A DNA stretch of 64,000 nt from an uncultured delta proteobacterium (GTDB lineage: Bacteria > Desulfobacterota > Desulfobacteria > Desulfobacterales > JAHEIW01), in assembly GCA_963706575.1 (NCBI GenBank), contig CAVPNL010000001.1, positions 96,001 through 160,000 of the forward strand. The letters run 5' to 3'. The stretch's first letter is position 1. Every line of letters starts with the position of its first letter. Under the pieces are notes generated by a model. That model was not told the DNA's origin. It was given only the letters and a program-made list of their open reading frames with translations, and searched no databases. Of this stretch, positions 60,510 to 64,000 are shown piece by piece. A program made the position numbers and the translations under genes.

Positions 60510-60971
60510 ATGGTTTACGGTACTTACAAGAGCGATCTTAGCACTAATGAAAAGGTCCTGATGGCCATTGTGAGAGCTGCAGAAATCTTCAAAAGAAATC
60601 ATTCCGGTGTTTTCAGGAATTATGGTCTCTCCTTTCCACAATACAATGTCCTGAGGGTTCTGGAAGCTTCTAAAAAAGGTAGGAACAAGATAAGCGATGT
60701 CAGCCGCATTATGCTCGTTCCGGGCGCGAATATTACCGGTATCGCCAAGCGTCTGGAAAAGGACGGATTTATCGTTAAGAAATCCGATCCCGCAGATGAT
60801 CGCGTAACTATCCTTGAAATTACGCCCAAAGGAAAAAAAACCCTGAAGAATATTGAAAAGGAGAAAGATGAGTGGCTGGAATTGATGTTGAAGAATTTAT
60901 CCGACAATCAAAAACGCGTGCTCCTGGACAAAATCAAACGAATCTTAAAAAACAGTATGAACAAAAAGTAA
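60510..60971 (+). CDS. MarR family transcriptional regulator
   Basis: LSFPQYNVL, RLEKDG and DDR....ITPKG motifs. Confidence 0.92.
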   Translation: MVYGTYKSDLSTNEKVLMAIVRAAEIFKRNHSGVFRNYGLSFPQYNVLRVLEASKKGRNKISDVSRIMLVPGANITGIAKRLEKDGFIVKKSDPADDRVTILEITPKGKKTLKNIEKEKDEWLELMLKNLSDNQKRVLLDKIKRILKNSMNKK

Positions 60972-60979
60972 TATCTCCG

Positions 60980-61006
60980 ACGCTCGCTCATTAATGGAGC
61001 GAGCGT
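60980..61006 (+). terminator. Hairpin after marR
   Basis: ACGCTCGCTC-N7-GAGCGAGCGT; no U-tract. Confidence 0.45.
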
Positions 61007-61148
61007 AACCGTTCGTTGATTACATTCTTGTAACGCTTTCATATTTTTTGCTTCATTTTAATTTTTTTTTGACCTCTCCTTTTAACATCATGACGTCTAC
61101 GCAATTTTATCCCTTTCTAAATATATTGGAATTTAGCAAAATTTTAGC

Positions 61149-61182
61149 AGAATCCCCCGCGGCTTGCCGCGGGGAGCTTCAC
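61149..61182 (+). mobile_element. Solo IS200/IS605-type end hairpin
   Basis: AGAATCCCCCGCGGCTTGCCGCGGGGAGCTTCAC resembles IS605-group subterminal hairpins; no tnpA or tnpB nearby. Confidence 0.5.
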
Positions 61183-61226
61183 TCACGCTTATTTTTTTCT
61201 TGACAAGATTGGCACAAATTTCTATT

Positions 61227-61265
61227 TGTTAGTAATATAGTAATAATGTTACTATAATAGTAACA
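61227..61265. promoter_or_regulatory. Tandem palindromic operator upstream of iclR
   Basis: Perfect TGTTACTAT-A-ATAGTAACA (61247-61265), preceded 20 bp earlier by the degenerate copy TGTTAGTAATATAGTAATA. Confidence 0.65.
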
Positions 61266-61278
61266 CTGCTAATTCATT

Positions 61279-62076
61279 ATGAGAAGAGAATCACACAATT
61301 CTTCCAAACAATACTATTCCACCTCCCTGGAAAGGGGGATGAGCATCCTGAGGCTTTTCACCCAGGATCGCAGCACCTGGACCCTTACCCAAATTTCCAA
61401 AAACCTGGATATCAATAAAACATCGACGTTCCGCTTTGTGAATACGTTGGTTCAACTCGGATATCTCAGAAAAGATCCCCACACCAAATTGATCAGTTTA
61501 GGCGCACAAGTGATGACCTTGGGGGCAAGTTTTTACCGAACGGACGACATCTACGAAGTCGGTAAACCTTTGATTAAAGAAGCTTTTGAGACCTATCAGG
61601 TGAACACCGAATTGGCTTTGTACAATGAAGATATGATCGTCGTGGTCTATCGAAGAGAGGCCCGGGAATCCTTTGTCCCCCGATTTCCCATATCGCGCCG
61701 CAAGGAGCAATTTTATTGTTCCTCCCTGGGAAAAGCCATTCTGTCCGCCCTGCCACAGGATGAAATGATGCAAATCGTGGAAGATTTGCCCAACGAAAAA
61801 AAAACGGCCAACACACTTTCGAATAAGGCGGATCTTATCGCTGATTTGGAAAAATCAAGAGAAAGGGGCTATGCCTTAAATAATGAGGAATGGGTTCCGG
61901 GCCTGATCGCCATTTCCGCTCCCTTGATCAATTTGCATACGAATGAGGTCAAGGGCGCCGTTTGCTTTGATTTTTCCACCATTCAACACTCAATAAAGAA
62001 AGTCGAGAAGAAATATGCCCGGGTCATTATTAAATTGGCAAGTGATATATCCCAGTTGTTAAGTACCATTCGATAA
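61279..62076 (+). CDS. IclR family transcriptional regulator
   Basis: SLERG.SIL, CSSLGKAIL and RGYA....E..PG..AISAP motifs. Confidence 0.93.
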   Translation: MRRESHNSSKQYYSTSLERGMSILRLFTQDRSTWTLTQISKNLDINKTSTFRFVNTLVQLGYLRKDPHTKLISLGAQVMTLGASFYRTDDIYEVGKPLIKEAFETYQVNTELALYNEDMIVVVYRREARESFVPRFPISRRKEQFYCSSLGKAILSALPQDEMMQIVEDLPNEKKTANTLSNKADLIADLEKSRERGYALNNEEWVPGLIAISAPLINLHTNEVKGAVCFDFSTIQHSIKKVEKKYARVIIKLASDISQLLSTIR

Positions 62077-62163
62077 TACCTGAATCGTGCAAAATTCAGG
62101 TAATAAGCCTTAGCGTTTTTAGATCTTTGAACAAGACTGACAGAGCAGGAGATCAAACCCAAA

Positions 62164-63489
62164 ATGAGCACATCAAAAAGTTATGTCTTCGGGCGCGCCA
62201 AAGAAGGCGCGCTTCCTAAAGTTCACAAAGCTGAAGGTGTATGGATAGAAGATGACCGCGGAAATCGCTATCTGAATGCCAGCGGCGGCGCCGCCGTGAC
62301 GAATGTGGGGCATGGGCGTCGGGAAATTGCAGAAGCACTCCATCAACAGGTCCTACAGCATGACTATATTCACCCGACGGCTTTTGTCTCGCCGGTGGTC
62401 GAGGACCTGGCTGCCGCTCTGGCACGCCGCGCACCGGCGGGAATCGAACGGTTTTACTTTCTATCGGGTGGCGGCGAAGCGGTTGAGGCATCCATTAAGA
62501 TGGCCCGGCAGATCCATCTGGCAAATGGGCGGCCCGAGAGAATCCGGCTCATTTCCCGCTGGAAATCATATCACGGCTTGAGCCTGGGTGCCCTATCGGC
62601 CATGGGTCGCACCGCCTTCCGCGAGCCGTTTACACCCCTTCTGGGCGATGTTGTTCATATTCCACCGCCGTATTGTCTGCGCTGTTCTTACGGCCTGGCC
62701 TATCCCGGGTGCGAGCTGCGATGTGCGCTGGCCCTGGATGAAACCATCCAGAATGTTGGACCCAAGGTCGTTTCCGCTTTTATCGGCGAAACCGTCAGCG
62801 GTGCCTCACTGGGGGTCTATGCGCCTCCCGCGGGTTACTGGAAAGTCATCCGCGAGATATGTGATCGGTACGACGTATTATTGATTCAAGATGAAGTCAT
62901 GTGCGGATTGGGCCGCACCGGTCGCTGGTTCGCCAGTGAACATTACGACATCAGTCCCGACATCGTCATTTTAGGTAAGGGCCTGGGGGGCGGCGCGATC
63001 GCGCTCTCGGCCGCCGGGCTGCAGGCGGCGCACTTCGAAGCCTTACAGTCGGCTGGCGGTTTCGTGCACGGCGGCACGTACTCGCATCACCCGGTTGCCG
63101 CTGCTGTCGGACTGGCAACCATAAAAATTTTAGAAAAGGAAAATTTGATCGAGCGCGCAGATCGTATCGGTAATGTGCTTGGTGATAAATTAAAGAATAA
63201 ATTGTCCGGTTGCCCGCATGTCGCTGATGTTCGCGGTCTGGGCATGTTCTGGGGAGTGGAACTGGTCGAAGATAAAGATTCTCTTCGACCGTTCCCGCGT
63301 GAAGCGCAAATGGTAGAGCGCGTCTGGCAACGCGTATTTGACAAAGGCGTCATCGTTTACAAGGCCTTTGGCTTAGCCGGCAGTGATGGTGATGCCATCA
63401 TCATAGCCCCGGCCTTTACGATCACAGACAAAGACATCGATATTTTGGTCGATTCATTGGCACAGGGCTTAGAAGAAACCATCGAATGA
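62164..63489 (+). CDS. Class III (omega) aminotransferase
   Basis: SYHG, DEVMCG.GRTG, GKG (PLP lysine) and HGGTY motifs. Confidence 0.9.
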   Translation: MSTSKSYVFGRAKEGALPKVHKAEGVWIEDDRGNRYLNASGGAAVTNVGHGRREIAEALHQQVLQHDYIHPTAFVSPVVEDLAAALARRAPAGIERFYFLSGGGEAVEASIKMARQIHLANGRPERIRLISRWKSYHGLSLGALSAMGRTAFREPFTPLLGDVVHIPPPYCLRCSYGLAYPGCELRCALALDETIQNVGPKVVSAFIGETVSGASLGVYAPPAGYWKVIREICDRYDVLLIQDEVMCGLGRTGRWFASEHYDISPDIVILGKGLGGGAIALSAAGLQAAHFEALQSAGGFVHGGTYSHHPVAAAVGLATIKILEKENLIERADRIGNVLGDKLKNKLSGCPHVADVRGLGMFWGVELVEDKDSLRPFPREAQMVERVWQRVFDKGVIVYKAFGLAGSDGDAIIIAPAFTITDKDIDILVDSLAQGLEETIE

Positions 63490-63538
63490 ATAAGGGTGGG
63501 CGCGTCCATCGGATGAAAATTAATGAAAAGGAGGTAAT

Positions 63539-64000
63539 ATGATGTACGGTTGGATGGGAAAAATTCTCAGGGTTAATTTGAGTAATGGTGAAATCAATGA
63601 AGAAGCACTGGACCCGCAGATTATCAGAGATTATGTCGGCGGCAGAGGTTTGGCCATCTATTACATGCTCAAAGAAGTGGACCCCAACTGTGATGCATTG
63701 GGCAAAGAAAACAAATTGATCATGACCGCCGGCCCCCTGACGGGTACCAAAGCTCCGACCGGTGGACGTTACATGGTCACCACCAAGTCTCCTTTGACAG
63801 GTGCCATCACCTGTTCGAATTCCGGGGGGAACTTTCCCGCTGAACTCAAAAAATCCGGATTTGATGCCATCATTGTCGAAGGCAGGGCGGCGGAACCGGT
63901 TTATCTTTGGATCGATGATGGCAAGGCAGAACTGAAACCTGCCGGGCACCTGTGGGGCAAGGATACGCACGAGACCGACGATGCCATCCGGGCCGAGACC
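63539..64000 (+). CDS. aor: Tungsten aldehyde:ferredoxin oxidoreductase, N-terminal part, runs off window; not in ORF track
   Basis: AGGAGG RBS; MMYGWMGKILRVNLS...YVGGRGLA...GPLTGT..P..GRY.V.TKSPLTG....SNSGG. Confidence 0.9.
   Translation, partial: MMYGWMGKILRVNLSNGEINEEALDPQIIRDYVGGRGLAIYYMLKEVDPNCDALGKENKLIMTAGPLTGTKAPTGGRYMVTTKSPLTGAITCSNSGGNFPAELKKSGFDAIIVEGRAAEPVYLWIDDGKAELKPAGHLWGKDTHETDDAIRAET

Noticed and set aside
63422..63970. 182-aa minus-strand ORF and the many other antisense or nested ORFs in the track
   Set aside because: They are shadows of well-supported genes on the other strand or frame (here AOR) and lack recognisable motifs.

Overview
A gene-dense window from an anaerobic bacterium; gene content suggests Desulfobacterota, probably Desulfobacterales (inference, not a database result). 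It is dominated by anaerobic catabolism of aromatic and other organic acids and amines. Genes include an HcnABC/OoxAB-like amino-acid oxidoreductase, a TRAP transporter, non-decarboxylating glutaryl-CoA dehydrogenase with ETF, two tungsten AORs and a 4-hydroxybenzoyl-CoA-reductase-like trio. A ~30 kb block (30774-60971) is bracketed by two paralogous acetylene-hydratase-family Mo/W-bisPGD enzymes, both with His in place of the catalytic Asp and each followed by a ferredoxin. The block holds two atypical reductive dehalogenases (one soluble and Tat-less, one with N-terminal transmembrane helices, no rdhB), an aryl-CoA ligase, an FrhB-like flavoprotein, IorAB, an orphan non-Pyl MttB and an ABC/CoA-ligase uptake operon. 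Features missing from the ORF track include a 34-aa ribosomal protein THX gene, a 59-aa protein after paaK and a truncated MFS gene next to an IS1634-like remnant. The intergenic DNA carries several dispersed palindromic repeat families: TIR-bounded MITE-like elements, hairpins with tandem 9/10-mer arms, and a telomere-like (GGTTYAG)8 tract. Six genes carry seven +1 frameshifts that look like sequencing errors. No rRNA, tRNA or CRISPR array was found.
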